From: an uncultured Candidatus Actinomarina sp.
Lineage (GTDB): Bacteria; Actinomycetota; Acidimicrobiia; Actinomarinales; Actinomarinaceae
Assembly: GCA_902510965.1 (NCBI GenBank)
Contig: CABXDM010000003.1
Span: forward strand, 1 to 61,974
DNA length: 61,974 nucleotides
Direction: 5' to 3'
Part shown: one piece after another, positions 11,292-21,546 of the stretch
Position numbering within the stretch: position 1 is the stretch's first letter
Layout of the letters: each line of letters starts with the position of its first letter
Program-made: the position numbers and the translations under genes
Notes under the pieces: model-generated
Seen by the model: only the letters and a program-made list of their open reading frames with translations
Told to the model about the DNA's origin: nothing
Database searches by the model: none

Positions 11292-11814
11292 TATGGACTT
11301 TTACCATAGCCGGTCGTAGTAATCGACCGTCTATTTCATAACCTTTTCTGAGGACTTCTCCAACCAATTCTTTATCACCTTCACCTGATTGCTCAACAGC
11401 TTCATGATAGGAAGGGTCAAAAGGTTCCCCAATGCCAGGTACTTCTTTTACATTGAATGTATCTAGAAAGACTTGAGTCATTTTATAAAGAGCTTCTATT
11501 TCCGTTGGGGTGCCATCTTGGTTCATTGCAATCTCAAAATTATCTATTAGAGGTAGCAGTGTAGAGATGATCATTGAAAGAGAAGTAACAGTACTCATAC
11601 TTTTTTCTTTTTCAGCTCTTTTTTTAAAATTCTCAAAATCTGCTGCAAGTCTTAAGTAATCATCCTTAATTTTCTCATACTGCTCAAGGGGAACTGAATG
11701 AGCTTCTTCATTATCGGAAGTCTCTTCAGGAACCTCTTCAGAAGTCTCTATATCTTCAGGAACCTCTTCAGAAGTCTCTATATCTTCAGGATCAGTACTT
11801 TCATTTTTATTCAT
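11284..11814 (-). CDS. grpE: Nucleotide exchange factor GrpE
   Basis: [45 protein letters not shown]. Start set at ATG 11814, overlapping the dnaK stop. Confidence 0.95.
   Translation of the reverse strand: MNKNESTDPEDIETSEEVPEDIETSEEVPEETSDNEEAHSVPLEQYEKIKDDYLRLAADFENFKKRAEKEKSMSTVTSLSMIISTLLPLIDNFEIAMNQDGTPTEIEALYKMTQVFLDTFNVKEVPGIGEPFDPSYHEAVEQSGEGDKELVGEVLRKGYEIDGRLLRPAMVKVHSE
11723..11790. repeat. In-frame 30-bp tandem repeat in grpE N-terminus ([10 protein letters not shown] x2)
   Basis: AACCTCTTCAGAAGTCTCTATATCTTCAGG at 11731-11760 and 11761-11790, plus a partial copy at 11723-11730. Confidence 0.95.
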
Positions 11815-13624
11815 CTTCTTCCACAACTTCGCCGTCTACAACATCTTCACTTTCTGCATCATCAGAAGATGTGTTTTCTGCATCTTGTTGGGCTTCAGCA
11901 TATAGCTTCTCTGCGAATGATTGACTTGCTTTTGTTAGTTCCTCAATGGAATTTTTGATTTCATCGAGAGTAGCTTCATCATTCTCAAGCACCTTAGAAA
12001 GTGCATCTTTTCCATCAGTCATAGCTGTAACTTCTTCTTCAGTAGCTTTATCTTTATTTTCCTCAAGCATTTTTTCAGTAGAAGTAACCATACCTTCAGC
12101 TAAATTCCTAGTTTCAATAAGTTCTTTCTTTTGAGCATCTTCATTTGCATGGGTCTCAGCATCCTTGATCATTCTTTCTATTTCATCGTCCTCAAGGGCA
12201 GTTCCACCAGTGATGGTAATGTTCTGCTCTTTGCCAGTACCAAGGTCTTTTGCATTCACATTAACAATTCCATTTGCATCAATGTCAAATGTAACTTCAA
12301 TTTGAGGAGTACCCTGTTTAGCAGACGGTATCTCAGTTAGTTTAAATTTACCCAACGATTTATTACCTGAAGCCATCTCCCTTTCGCCTTGAAGAACATG
12401 GATTTCAACTTCTGTTTGACCATCTTCAGCTGTAGTAAACGTTTCAGATCTCTTAGTAGGAATAGTTGTATTTCTCTCAATCATCTTTGCAACGATTCCA
12501 CCTTTAGTCTCAACTCCGAGGGTCAATGGAGTAACATCAAGAAGTAAGACATCTTTAACATCACCTTTTAATACTCCAGCTTGAATAGCTGCGCCAGATG
12601 CGACAACTTCATCAGGATTAACTCCTTTGTGAGGATCTTTTCCTGTCATAGTTTTAACTAGAGCTTGGATTGAAGGTATTCTTGTTGATCCACCAACTAA
12701 AATAATATGATCAATATCTGAAAATGACAGACCTGCATCATCAATAGCTTTATTTACTGGATCTTTTGTTCTATCAACTAAATCAGAAGTAATTTTTTCA
12801 AATTCACTTCTAGATAACTTTTCTAGTAAATGCTGGGGGCCAGCATCATTTGCAGTAATAAATGGTAAATTGATTTCTGTCTCGCTAGTTGAGGAAAGTT
12901 CAATTTTTGCTTTCTCAGCACCCTCTTTTATTCTTTGCATAGCCATCTTGTCATTTGAGATATCAATACCGGTTGATGATTTAAACTTTTCAACCAACCA
13001 ATCCATTACTTTCTCATCCCAATCATCCCCGCCAAGTTTAGAATCACCAGCTGTTGACTTAACTTCGAAAACACCTTCTGAAATTTCTAATACTGACACA
13101 TCAAATGTTCCACCACCTAGGTCATAAACTAATATTTTCTGATCTTCGCTATTTTCTAAACCATAAGCTAAAGATGCAGCAGTAGGTTCATTGATAATTC
13201 TTAATACATTTAGGCCTGCTATTTTCCCAGCCTCTTTTGTAGCCTGACGTTCAGCATCATTAAAATATGCTGGAACAGTAATTACAGCTTCGGTTACATC
13301 TTCACCAAGATATGCTTCTGCATCTCGCTTTAGTTTCTGTAAAATTCTTGCTGATATTTCTTGAGGCGTGTAATCACTACCTTCAAATTTTTGCTTCCAG
13401 GTAGTTCCTATCTCTCTTTTAATTGATCTTATAGTGTTATCAGGATTTGTTATTGCCTGCCTTTTAGCAAGTTCACCAACAAGAACTTCTTCACCTTTAA
13501 AAGCTACTATTGATGGTGTAGTTCTATTTCCTTCTGCATTTGCGACTACGGCAGGTTCTCCACCTTCTAACACTGCGACTACACTATTGGTTGTTCCTAG
13601 GTCAATTCCTACTGCTTTTCCCAT
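11807..13624 (-). CDS. dnaK: Chaperone DnaK (Hsp70)
   Basis: [32 protein letters not shown]; SD AAAGGA upstream. Confidence 0.98.
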   Translation of the reverse strand: MGKAVGIDLGTTNSVVAVLEGGEPAVVANAEGNRTTPSIVAFKGEEVLVGELAKRQAITNPDNTIRSIKREIGTTWKQKFEGSDYTPQEISARILQKLKRDAEAYLGEDVTEAVITVPAYFNDAERQATKEAGKIAGLNVLRIINEPTAASLAYGLENSEDQKILVYDLGGGTFDVSVLEISEGVFEVKSTAGDSKLGGDDWDEKVMDWLVEKFKSSTGIDISNDKMAMQRIKEGAEKAKIELSSTSETEINLPFITANDAGPQHLLEKLSRSEFEKITSDLVDRTKDPVNKAIDDAGLSFSDIDHIILVGGSTRIPSIQALVKTMTGKDPHKGVNPDEVVASGAAIQAGVLKGDVKDVLLLDVTPLTLGVETKGGIVAKMIERNTTIPTKRSETFTTAEDGQTEVEIHVLQGEREMASGNKSLGKFKLTEIPSAKQGTPQIEVTFDIDANGIVNVNAKDLGTGKEQNITITGGTALEDDEIERMIKDAETHANEDAQKKELIETRNLAEGMVTSTEKMLEENKDKATEEEVTAMTDGKDALSKVLENDEATLDEIKNSIEELTKASQSFAEKLYAEAQQDAENTSSDDAESEDVVDGEVVEEDE

Positions 13625-13657
13625 TTATAATTCCTTTCTAAAAAATATGTATATTAA

Positions 13658-13861
13658 TTAAATGTTTGGTTCTTGATCTCTTGATATATGTCCTCTAACC
13701 CTTGGATAGGAGACTGGTGAGTGCAAGAAACAATACTTTTTCTTGTTGTAAATGCTTATTTGAGTCTCACAAGATGAAAACTCACAAACGCGACCAGATG
13801 TATATTTTTTTGATCGTCTAACTCCAGGTTTTACTGAAGAAGCTGTTAATGTACTACTCAT
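13658..13861 (-). CDS. Small basic CCCH zinc-finger-like protein of unknown function
   Basis: 67 aa with C26-x4-C31-x12-C44-x2-H47, strong SD (GAAAGGA) before the ATG, ends 33 bp before dnaK. Confidence 0.75.
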   Translation of the reverse strand: MSSTLTASSVKPGVRRSKKYTSGRVCEFSSCETQISIYNKKKYCFLHSPVSYPRVRGHISRDQEPNI

Positions 13862-13897
13862 TATTATCCTTTCTTATCTATACCTTATTATATATAT

Positions 13898-13921
13898 AAT
13901 CTAAGTATATACACTTAGATT
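13898..13921. promoter_or_regulatory. Operator-like palindrome upstream of the heat-shock operon (candidate HspR site)
   Basis: AATCTAAGT-ATATAC-ACTTAGATT; 22 of 24 positions self-complementary. Confidence 0.55.
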
Positions 13922-14024
13922 TATATAAAATATAATATAGTTATAAAATTATGCAAACTTTTCATTAATTTTTTCTATAAATCATAGTGATATACATTTC
14001 TTCTAATAGTGATAATATTAAATA

Positions 14025-14804
14025 ATGGTTAATTTGGATATTCACATTGTTGGTGTTGGCAACCTTGGTTCATCATTATCAAATGGTTTAAATAATCTTA
14101 AAAATGATTTAAACATATACCTTTATGATCAAAATCCTGAATCTTCCCCGTTAAAAAAATCACATATTATGAGTGAAATTAACAATATCAATGAAGGTGT
14201 TTTAGTTCTTTGTATAAAGCCTAAAGATGTGGAACAGTTTGTTTCATTAAACTCCGATAAAATTTCAGAAAATGTTCTAATATGTACAGTCTTAGCAGGT
14301 GTCGAAATGGCCTACTTCCAAAGGCACTTTAACAATAAAATAATTAGGTTGATGCCAAATTTATCAATTAAGGAAAACAATGGCTTTATTCCGTATACCA
14401 AAAATTATGAAGAAGATTATTTATCCTTTCTTGAAGTTCTGGGGGGTCTTGGGACTATTGCAGAATATGATGAAAGTCTTTTTCATATAATAACTTCAAT
14501 TTTTGGAAGTGGTCCAGCTTGGTATTTGGAATTGTCATCAAAAATAGTTGAGGCAGCAGAGCGCTTAGGTTTAGAAAAATCAGAAGCAAATAAAATAATT
14601 AAAGAATTGGTAAGATCACTCCCGTCATTTCTTTCTGATGATGAATTTAGTTCAACAGTGGATAAAATAAAGTCTCCTAATGGAACTACTGAAGCTGGCC
14701 TGAATTCGCTTGTTGAGGATTCTTTTGATAAAATTATTTACAATGCAATTGAGTCTGCCACAAATAAATCACAACAAATTTCAAAAGAAATAAATAATGA
14801 TTAA
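14025..14804 (+). CDS. proC: Pyrroline-5-carboxylate reductase
   Basis: IVGVGNLG, LCIKPKD, IIRLMPN, FGSGPAW, SPNGTTEAGL. Confidence 0.9.
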   Translation: MVNLDIHIVGVGNLGSSLSNGLNNLKNDLNIYLYDQNPESSPLKKSHIMSEINNINEGVLVLCIKPKDVEQFVSLNSDKISENVLICTVLAGVEMAYFQRHFNNKIIRLMPNLSIKENNGFIPYTKNYEEDYLSFLEVLGGLGTIAEYDESLFHIITSIFGSGPAWYLELSSKIVEAAERLGLEKSEANKIIKELVRSLPSFLSDDEFSSTVDKIKSPNGTTEAGLNSLVEDSFDKIIYNAIESATNKSQQISKEINND

Positions 14805-16956
14805 TCAAAAAAAGCCAAAGCAAGTTAACGATTACGTCCTTTTATTTTCTGCTGGAAGTGCTGTTGGCACTTTATTCCTGTGGGCTGCAAGCTATCTATT
14901 CCCCGAAGGAGATATCGTTGAAGGAAGAAGAGTATTTGAGAATATTCCTAAATATTTACAATATGCTTTTTATCTATTAAGTGCATCCTCCGTATTTATA
15001 AGCGGATATCTTTTTTCACTGAGAGCAAAAAATTGGACACGTGGCACAAGTGAAAAAAGAAAAACCACTCTTGTATCCAAACTTAAAAACTTCTTTGATG
15101 GGATACTTATGCGAACTGTTCTGAGATTCCGTGCAGCAGGAATAATGCACTCAATGATCTATGTTGGCTTTTTGGGTTTATTTGCAGGAACTATCACGCT
15201 AGAGATCCATCATTTAATGCCTCCCTCTATGAAGTTTTTACAAGGTACAACTTATTTTGCATATTCTTTTTCACTAGAAATAGCGTCTCTAATATATCTA
15301 GCTGGCATTGGTTGGGCTTTATTCAGAAGAATTTTTGGAACTGAATTCAGAATTAAAACTAAAACAAAAATGGATGATTTTTTAACACTTGGTCTCCTAG
15401 GTTTTATGGGTATTTCTGGACTAACAACGGAAGCCGGGAGAATAATTGTTGAGGGTTTTCCTGAGTATGAAAAATGGAGCTTTGTTGGATACTTCATCGC
15501 TGATATTTTACCAATCGAAAATGGTGTTCTCTTCCACAGAACATCCTGGATACTTCATGTTATTTCATTCTTTGTCTTTTTAATCTCCTTACCTCAATCA
15601 AAGCTCAGACATATCATTACTTCTCCAGTAAATATGTTCCTTAGTCCAAAAGATAGACCTAAAGGAGCAATGAAAGACATAGGAAATCTTCTTGAGGCTG
15701 AGGATATAGATACGGTTGGCGTAGAAGTTATTGAAAATTTCTCATGGAAGCAACTTGTTGATCTTGATGCTTGTACTGTCTGTGGAAGATGTACCTCTGT
15801 TTGTCCAGCAAACTTAACAGGGAAGCCTTTAGACCCCAGAGAAATTATTCTTAAAGTTGGACAAGTAATGTCTGAATCTGGCTCTCCAGCTGTTCCAGCA
15901 ACAGTGACAACACCTATTGACTTACAGGTTAAGACTTCAAATGTATTTGAAAGAATTACATCCGAAGAACTTTGGGCTTGTACGTCATGTCGAGCTTGCG
16001 ACGAAGTCTGTCCTGTAAACATTGAAATCTTAGACAAAATACTTGATATGAGAAGACATCTTGCACTAATGGCTTCAGATTTTCCATCAGAACTTGGAAA
16101 GGCTTATGTAGCAATGGAAAATTCATCTAATCCTTGGGGTGCATCTCAAAACGACAGAATGAAATGGTCTGAGGGTTTAGAGTTTGAAGTTCCCATGCTG
16201 GAAGAAGAAAACAAAGAAGAAGTCGAATACCTGTACTGGGTTGGTTGCGCAGGAGCGTTTGACGACAGAAATGTTCCAGTCACAAAAGCAGTTGCAACCT
16301 TGTTGAAACGAGCAGGTGTTTCCTATGCAGTCTTAGGTCCAAAAGAAGTGTGTACTGGGGATTCAGCCAGAAGAACTGGAAATGAATTTGTATTTCAGCA
16401 ATTAGCCATTCAAAATATTGAGAATATGAATAATCTAAATGTTAAAAAAGTTATTACACAATGCCCACATTGTTTTAATACTATTGCTAATGAGTATCCT
16501 CAGCTCGGCGGTAATTTTGAAGTTATCCATCACAGTCAATTATTAACAGAACTCGTCCAGTCAGGAAAAATTGATGTTGGTACAAGTGAAGACCCTTATG
16601 TAATTACTTATCATGACTCTTGTTATCTGGGGAGACATAATGACATATACACTGCACCCAGGGAGATTCTCGGGGCAATAGGGGGTATAGAAGTTCGTGA
16701 AATGAAGAGACAGGGTACTAATAGTTTCTGCTGTGGAGCTGGTGGAGGAAGAATGTGGATGGAGGAGTCTACAGGAAAAAAAGTAAATATTGAGAGATCT
16801 GAAGAAGCCATAGAAACAGGAGCCGATGAAGTCGCCGTAGCTTGTCCATTTTGTTACATCATGATGGACGATGGAGTCAAAGAACTTGGCAGAGGCGAAT
16901 CTATAAAAGTAAGAGACGTTTCCTTAATACTCTTAGATAATCTAAAAAAAGATTAA
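14797..16956 (+). CDS. Membrane-bound Fe-S oxidoreductase (FadF / HdrD-like, CCG domains)
   Basis: N-terminal TM block, two CxxCxxCxxxCP clusters (CTVCGRCTSVCP, CTSCRACDEVCP), YWVGC, CPHC, YHDSCYLGR, CCGAGGG, ACPFC. Confidence 0.88.
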   Translation: MINQKKPKQVNDYVLLFSAGSAVGTLFLWAASYLFPEGDIVEGRRVFENIPKYLQYAFYLLSASSVFISGYLFSLRAKNWTRGTSEKRKTTLVSKLKNFFDGILMRTVLRFRAAGIMHSMIYVGFLGLFAGTITLEIHHLMPPSMKFLQGTTYFAYSFSLEIASLIYLAGIGWALFRRIFGTEFRIKTKTKMDDFLTLGLLGFMGISGLTTEAGRIIVEGFPEYEKWSFVGYFIADILPIENGVLFHRTSWILHVISFFVFLISLPQSKLRHIITSPVNMFLSPKDRPKGAMKDIGNLLEAEDIDTVGVEVIENFSWKQLVDLDACTVCGRCTSVCPANLTGKPLDPREIILKVGQVMSESGSPAVPATVTTPIDLQVKTSNVFERITSEELWACTSCRACDEVCPVNIEILDKILDMRRHLALMASDFPSELGKAYVAMENSSNPWGASQNDRMKWSEGLEFEVPMLEEENKEEVEYLYWVGCAGAFDDRNVPVTKAVATLLKRAGVSYAVLGPKEVCTGDSARRTGNEFVFQQLAIQNIENMNNLNVKKVITQCPHCFNTIANEYPQLGGNFEVIHHSQLLTELVQSGKIDVGTSEDPYVITYHDSCYLGRHNDIYTAPREILGAIGGIEVREMKRQGTNSFCCGAGGGRMWMEESTGKKVNIERSEEAIETGADEVAVACPFCYIMMDDGVKELGRGESIKVRDVSLILLDNLKKD

Positions 16957-17270
16957 ATATTATCCCCCAAAAAGAAAACTTTCATATCTCCGTTGGCTTT
17001 ATTGATACTATAAATCACATAAAGAGCAGTTGTAAAATTCCCCAATACGATTAATCCAATAATCCAAAAAAATGTTTTTAACATAGTTTCTTTATAGGCA
17101 ATCCATAAACCAAAAAGAGTAAATCCTGCGTAGAGATCTACCAGAGATACGACCCCCCAGGGAAGTTGAGGAATAGGGGAATCAAGTAAAGATACTTGAG
17201 TTTGTGCCCAATAAATAACGATTGCCATTGCTACTGCAATACAATATGAAATTAACTTTGCTATAGTCAT
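16953..17270 (-). CDS. DUF1475-like small membrane protein
   Basis: PWGVVSLVDLYAGF...WIAYKE...LGNFTTALY. Confidence 0.7.
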   Translation of the reverse strand: MTIAKLISYCIAVAMAIVIYWAQTQVSLLDSPIPQLPWGVVSLVDLYAGFTLFGLWIAYKETMLKTFFWIIGLIVLGNFTTALYVIYSINKANGDMKVFFLGDNI

Positions 17271-17300
17271 ACACTGGATTCTAAGGTATAAATAAAGAAA

Positions 17301-17909
17301 ATGAGAAACAATACAATTTTTTATAGAGTGTTAAAACTTGATAGGTATATTTATGGTGAGCTTGTCACAGAAAAATCATCACTTCAAAAAGGGATAGCTA
17401 TTTGGCTCTCAGGCTCAATAATCAGTACTTTAGCGGTAACAACCTTTCTTAAGAATCTTGTAATTTACGTGAAGGAGATTATTTCTGTATCTAGTGCGGA
17501 GCTTCCGCAAGAAGCTGTTTTAGAATTCCAGACACTAATAATTGAAATTGAAGAAAGTTTTGAGTCAATAAATAATGTAAGTACATTAATTTCAAGTCAA
17601 CTCTTTGGTTTTATTAATGTATTTATTTCAGTAGCGATAATTTATGCAGCATTGAAGTACTTCTTCAAGAAAGAACCCAATCTAATTTTTATAGGGATTA
17701 TTTATGGGTTCTCATCTGTTCCAATATTATTGAACATACCAATTCTGTTTTTTAATTCAATTGCGCTTCAGGGAATAGTTTTAGTTGTAACAAGTATATT
17801 TTCATTAGTATGCTTGGGTTCAGGTTTAAAACAGGTTTATATGTTAAGAAATATTGAAGCGATTTTATTAATTCTTTTTTCAGGATTTTCTAGTCTGGTT
17901 GTTTTATGA
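17301..17909 (+). CDS. Yip1-like hypothetical membrane protein
   Basis: About 5 hydrophobic segments; ATGA-coupled to the next gene. Confidence 0.55.
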   Translation: MRNNTIFYRVLKLDRYIYGELVTEKSSLQKGIAIWLSGSIISTLAVTTFLKNLVIYVKEIISVSSAELPQEAVLEFQTLIIEIEESFESINNVSTLISSQLFGFINVFISVAIIYAALKYFFKKEPNLIFIGIIYGFSSVPILLNIPILFFNSIALQGIVLVVTSIFSLVCLGSGLKQVYMLRNIEAILLILFSGFSSLVVL

Positions 17910-18502
17910 ATGCTGCAATAATATTGGCTGCAGGCGAATCATTAAGAATGGGGTTTCCCAAACAACTTGCTGAGTACAAGGGAAGTACAATTCTTGAAAC
18001 AACAATCAAAACAGTTTCGACTTACTTTGAAGATGCTGTTGTAGTTCTCGGTTACGACAGTGAGACAATAATTGAAAAGGTTGATTTCAAATCATCAGCG
18101 ATACTAATAAATGAAAACTGGGACGAGGGAATAATTTCTTCGATCAGAACTGGTTTACACCACTTGAATCAAAATAAAAATTTTGAGAATGTTTTTATCT
18201 TTCTCGGAGATCAACCATCTGTGGATGGTAAGGTAATTCAACGACTTCTAAATACAAAGCATGATTTTGACGAGGTAATGATTCCAAAGTATAGGTACAA
18301 GTATGGCTATCCAGTAGTTGTACCAAAATATTTTTGGAATAAGCTTGAACTGATTACCCAAGATAATTCCTCTGATGAGATTGATTCTGTCTTTGGAGAG
18401 TTTGATCTAATTAATTTTTTTGAATCCTCTGAATTCAAAACTAAAAGTATAAACTTCAATTTTTTAAGACCTACGGATTTCGACGAACAGAAAGATTTTT
18501 AG
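17906..18502 (+). CDS. Nucleotidyltransferase, MocA/YgfJ-like
   Basis: IILAAGESLRMGFPKQL, NENWDEGIISSI, IFLGDQP. Confidence 0.8.
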   Translation: MNAAIILAAGESLRMGFPKQLAEYKGSTILETTIKTVSTYFEDAVVVLGYDSETIIEKVDFKSSAILINENWDEGIISSIRTGLHHLNQNKNFENVFIFLGDQPSVDGKVIQRLLNTKHDFDEVMIPKYRYKYGYPVVVPKYFWNKLELITQDNSSDEIDSVFGEFDLINFFESSEFKTKSINFNFLRPTDFDEQKDF

Positions 18503-18563
18503 AGTGGGAAAAACTCTTCAAATTTTTACTTAATTTATATTAATTTTTTTGTAAAATCTAATA

Positions 18564-18968
18564 ATGACTTCAATAGATTCTATAAATGGGATGACACACA
18601 TCGAGGCTACCAAGCTAAGAAGAGCCAGGGTTCGAACAACAGTAACTTTTTTACAAATCGCATCAACCAGGTCAGGAAGAGCCCTACTTACTAAGGAGAC
18701 AGGTATAACATCTCCTAAACTTTTACACTGGGCTAAGAGAGCCGAGCTAATGAAAATAAATAATCTTGGACGAGACTATGCTGACCTCTTAGAAGCAGCC
18801 GGTGTAGAGAGTATTGCTGAACTGAAAAGAAGAAATCCAGAATCTCTTCATGAAACAATGGATCTAATCAATAAAAAGAAAAAAATAGTAGATCGAATGC
18901 CATCCATTAAACGAGTTTCAAAGTGGATTGAAGAGTCGAAAGATATAAAAATTACAGTATCTTCTTAG
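18564..18968 (+). CDS. DUF4332 domain protein (helix-hairpin-helix)
   Basis: ELMKINNLGRDYADLLEAAGVESIAELKRRNPESL...RMPS. Confidence 0.85.
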   Translation: MTSIDSINGMTHIEATKLRRARVRTTVTFLQIASTRSGRALLTKETGITSPKLLHWAKRAELMKINNLGRDYADLLEAAGVESIAELKRRNPESLHETMDLINKKKKIVDRMPSIKRVSKWIEESKDIKITVSS

Positions 18969-18993
18969 TTAATCAACAATCTATCATTGTATT

Positions 18994-20703
18994 GTGAATA
19001 CAAAAACCATAAGATTAACCGGTGCCCAACTTTCTTTCTCTGTGGGAGCTATTCAGGAAAACAAAGCTAAAATTCTAAATACTCTAGAGGAATCTGAAAA
19101 AATACAATCTGACATTGTTATTTTTCCTGAACTTTCAATAACTGGATATCCGCCTGAAGATTTACTCCTAAGAGAGAGTTTTGTGGGTAAAAACTTTGCA
19201 GTATTAGAAGAAATAGCAGAATTCTCAGGTGCTACCAGTGCAATAATAGGTTTTGTTGATAGAAGTTTAGATGAAAATTCTACGGACAATTTTAAAAGAA
19301 AAATCTCAAATGCCGCGGCTATTGTTCAAAATGGAGATGTGAAAGGTATTTACCATAAGTGCTTTCTTCCAAATTACTCAGTTTTTGATGAAGCAAGATA
19401 TTTCTCAAAAGGAAGTAAACCAGCAGATTTATTTTGGTATGACGATGTAGCTATTGGAATCAATATTTGTGAAGATATTTGGATTAATAATGGCCCAGCA
19501 GACCTTCAAGTTAATGCTGGTGCATCAATAATTGTCAATATTAATGCTTCACCATTCGATATTAATAAATCTAATTCACGAAGAAAACAAGTAGCAGAAA
19601 AAGCCAAGAAGTTAAATGTTCCAATAATATACTTAAATATGGTTGGAGGACAAGATGAACTTGTTTTTGATGGCGGTTCTTTTGTTGTAAATGCATCAGG
19701 TGAAATTATTTATCAAGCGAGTCAATTTCAGGAAGAAGTGTTTTCATTCGATCTAGAAGTACAGGTTAAAGATATAATTTCTGATTCAAAACTTACTTTG
19801 AACACAAAAAAAGATGCTCTTCCAGAATTAGAGTCTCATGAAACTTTTAATGAACTTGAATCAATGTATGAGGCTCTTAAATTAGGTGTAGCTGATTATG
19901 TACAAAAAAATAATTTTCAAAAAGTTCTAGTTGGGCTTTCAGGAGGAATAGACTCGGCTCTTACAGCTACAATTGCGGTCGATGCACTGAGTTCAGAAAA
20001 TGTTATAGGAATAGCAATGCCTTCAAAATATAATCCAGACAGCTCACTTGAGGATGCAAAAAATCTGGCTACAAACTTGGGTATAGAATTTAAAATTATT
20101 GAAATTGAGGATACTGTAGAAACACTAAGAACTCTTTTAAAAACTACACTTGAGGAACCACTTGCTGGTGTTACTGATGAAAATATTCAATCAAGGATAA
20201 GGGGAAATATAATTATGGGTCTCTCAAATCAACTAGGAGCAATGGTATTATCAACTGGGAATAAATCTGAGATGGCTGTTGGGTATTCCACATTGTATGG
20301 CGACCTAGCAGGAGGATTTGCACTACTTAAAGATGTATATAAAACTGAAGTATATAAACTTTCCGAATTTCGAAATGAAGAATCAATCGTAATTCCAGTA
20401 AATTCTATTAGTAAAGAACCTAGCGCAGAACTAAGCGACAATCAATTTGATTCCGACTCCCTTCCTGATTATGAATTACTGGACAAAATATTAAAAATGT
20501 ATATTGAATCTGACTTTTCTTCTGAAAAAATAATCGCTTCAGGAATTGAAAGCAACATTGTATATGACGTGTTAGAAAAAGTTGACAAAAATGAATATAA
20601 AAGGAAACAAGTTGCACCTGGAGTAAAATTAACAGAAAGAGCTTTTGGCAAAGATAGAAGAATGCCAATTACTAATACGTATATAAGAGAAAGATATTTA
20701 TAA
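18994..20703 (+). CDS. nadE: Glutamine-dependent NAD+ synthetase
   Basis: Nitrilase domain (FPELSITGYPPEDL, LPNYSVFDEARYF, ICEDIW) plus GLSGGIDS, ENIQSRIRG, STGNKSE, PSAEL. Confidence 0.95.
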   Translation: MNTKTIRLTGAQLSFSVGAIQENKAKILNTLEESEKIQSDIVIFPELSITGYPPEDLLLRESFVGKNFAVLEEIAEFSGATSAIIGFVDRSLDENSTDNFKRKISNAAAIVQNGDVKGIYHKCFLPNYSVFDEARYFSKGSKPADLFWYDDVAIGINICEDIWINNGPADLQVNAGASIIVNINASPFDINKSNSRRKQVAEKAKKLNVPIIYLNMVGGQDELVFDGGSFVVNASGEIIYQASQFQEEVFSFDLEVQVKDIISDSKLTLNTKKDALPELESHETFNELESMYEALKLGVADYVQKNNFQKVLVGLSGGIDSALTATIAVDALSSENVIGIAMPSKYNPDSSLEDAKNLATNLGIEFKIIEIEDTVETLRTLLKTTLEEPLAGVTDENIQSRIRGNIIMGLSNQLGAMVLSTGNKSEMAVGYSTLYGDLAGGFALLKDVYKTEVYKLSEFRNEESIVIPVNSISKEPSAELSDNQFDSDSLPDYELLDKILKMYIESDFSSEKIIASGIESNIVYDVLEKVDKNEYKRKQVAPGVKLTERAFGKDRRMPITNTYIRERYL

Positions 20704-20706
20704 AAA

Positions 20707-21534
20707 GTGTATCTAATTAATGGTATAGAAGTTAGTAAGGATAACTTTAATACGCCAATAGAAAGCCTCTCTTTTTGGAGAGGAGATGGTATTTTTGAAG
20801 CTATCCGTATTCATAATGGTTTTCTTTTTGCATTAGACAGACACCTTAAACGTTTTGAAAGATCCGCTAATAAGATGTTATTCAAGAATATTGATTTTAA
20901 CTCTATAAAGAAGGATCTTATAAAATTAGCCTCAAACTTTACCGAGGGTTACGTAAGGGTAATAATAAGCCGATCCGAGACTGTTGAAAGTTATGATGTT
21001 TATATGTTCCATCAAAAACCGGTAGACATTCCAGAAAACTATTCCCTACAGACACAATTAAGCCCATGGCATCCTGGGGGTGATTTTCTTCTAGAGGAAA
21101 ATCAGATTATTGGCACAAAGTCAACTTCCTATGCTTTGAATGTTACTCAGACACGCTTAGCTGAACAAAATGGCTTTACAGATGCCTTACTCTTAAATCG
21201 AAACAATATAATCCTTGAAGGCCCCACATTTTCTCTTGGGTGGATAAAGGATGATACAGTTTATATTCCTGATTTAAACTTAGGAATACTTGATTCGATA
21301 ACAAGACAATACATCAATCTTTTTGGAGCTAAAGGACAGTTAAACGTCATAGAAAGTCGGATAACTGCTGATGAGATTTATGAAATGGATACAGTTTTTG
21401 TGTTATCCACAGCTAAACATGGAAAATTTGTAAATAAAATCGATGAAAAAGTTTATGAACAAAGCCCGGTATTGAAACTAATACAAGAATGTTTTATAGA
21501 AGAAATAGAAGCTGAAAAGCAAATTAGTAATTAG
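20707..21534 (+). CDS. Aminotransferase class IV (ADC lyase / branched-chain aminotransferase-like)
   Basis: GDGIFEAIR, HLKRFERSA, TKSTSY, DALLLN, ILEGPT, LGILDSITR. Confidence 0.85.
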   Translation: MYLINGIEVSKDNFNTPIESLSFWRGDGIFEAIRIHNGFLFALDRHLKRFERSANKMLFKNIDFNSIKKDLIKLASNFTEGYVRVIISRSETVESYDVYMFHQKPVDIPENYSLQTQLSPWHPGGDFLLEENQIIGTKSTSYALNVTQTRLAEQNGFTDALLLNRNNIILEGPTFSLGWIKDDTVYIPDLNLGILDSITRQYINLFGAKGQLNVIESRITADEIYEMDTVFVLSTAKHGKFVNKIDEKVYEQSPVLKLIQECFIEEIEAEKQISN

Positions 21535-21546
21535 GTGGGAGGTGTG

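Noticed and set aside
13741-13780. TTGAGT-containing stretch as a HAIR site
   Set aside because: No matching ACTCAA half-site at N7, and it lies inside the small ORF.
14797-16956. Possible Sec codon in the HdrD-like Fe-S protein or in the DsrE protein
   Set aside because: All Cys motifs are encoded as Cys, with no in-frame UGA.
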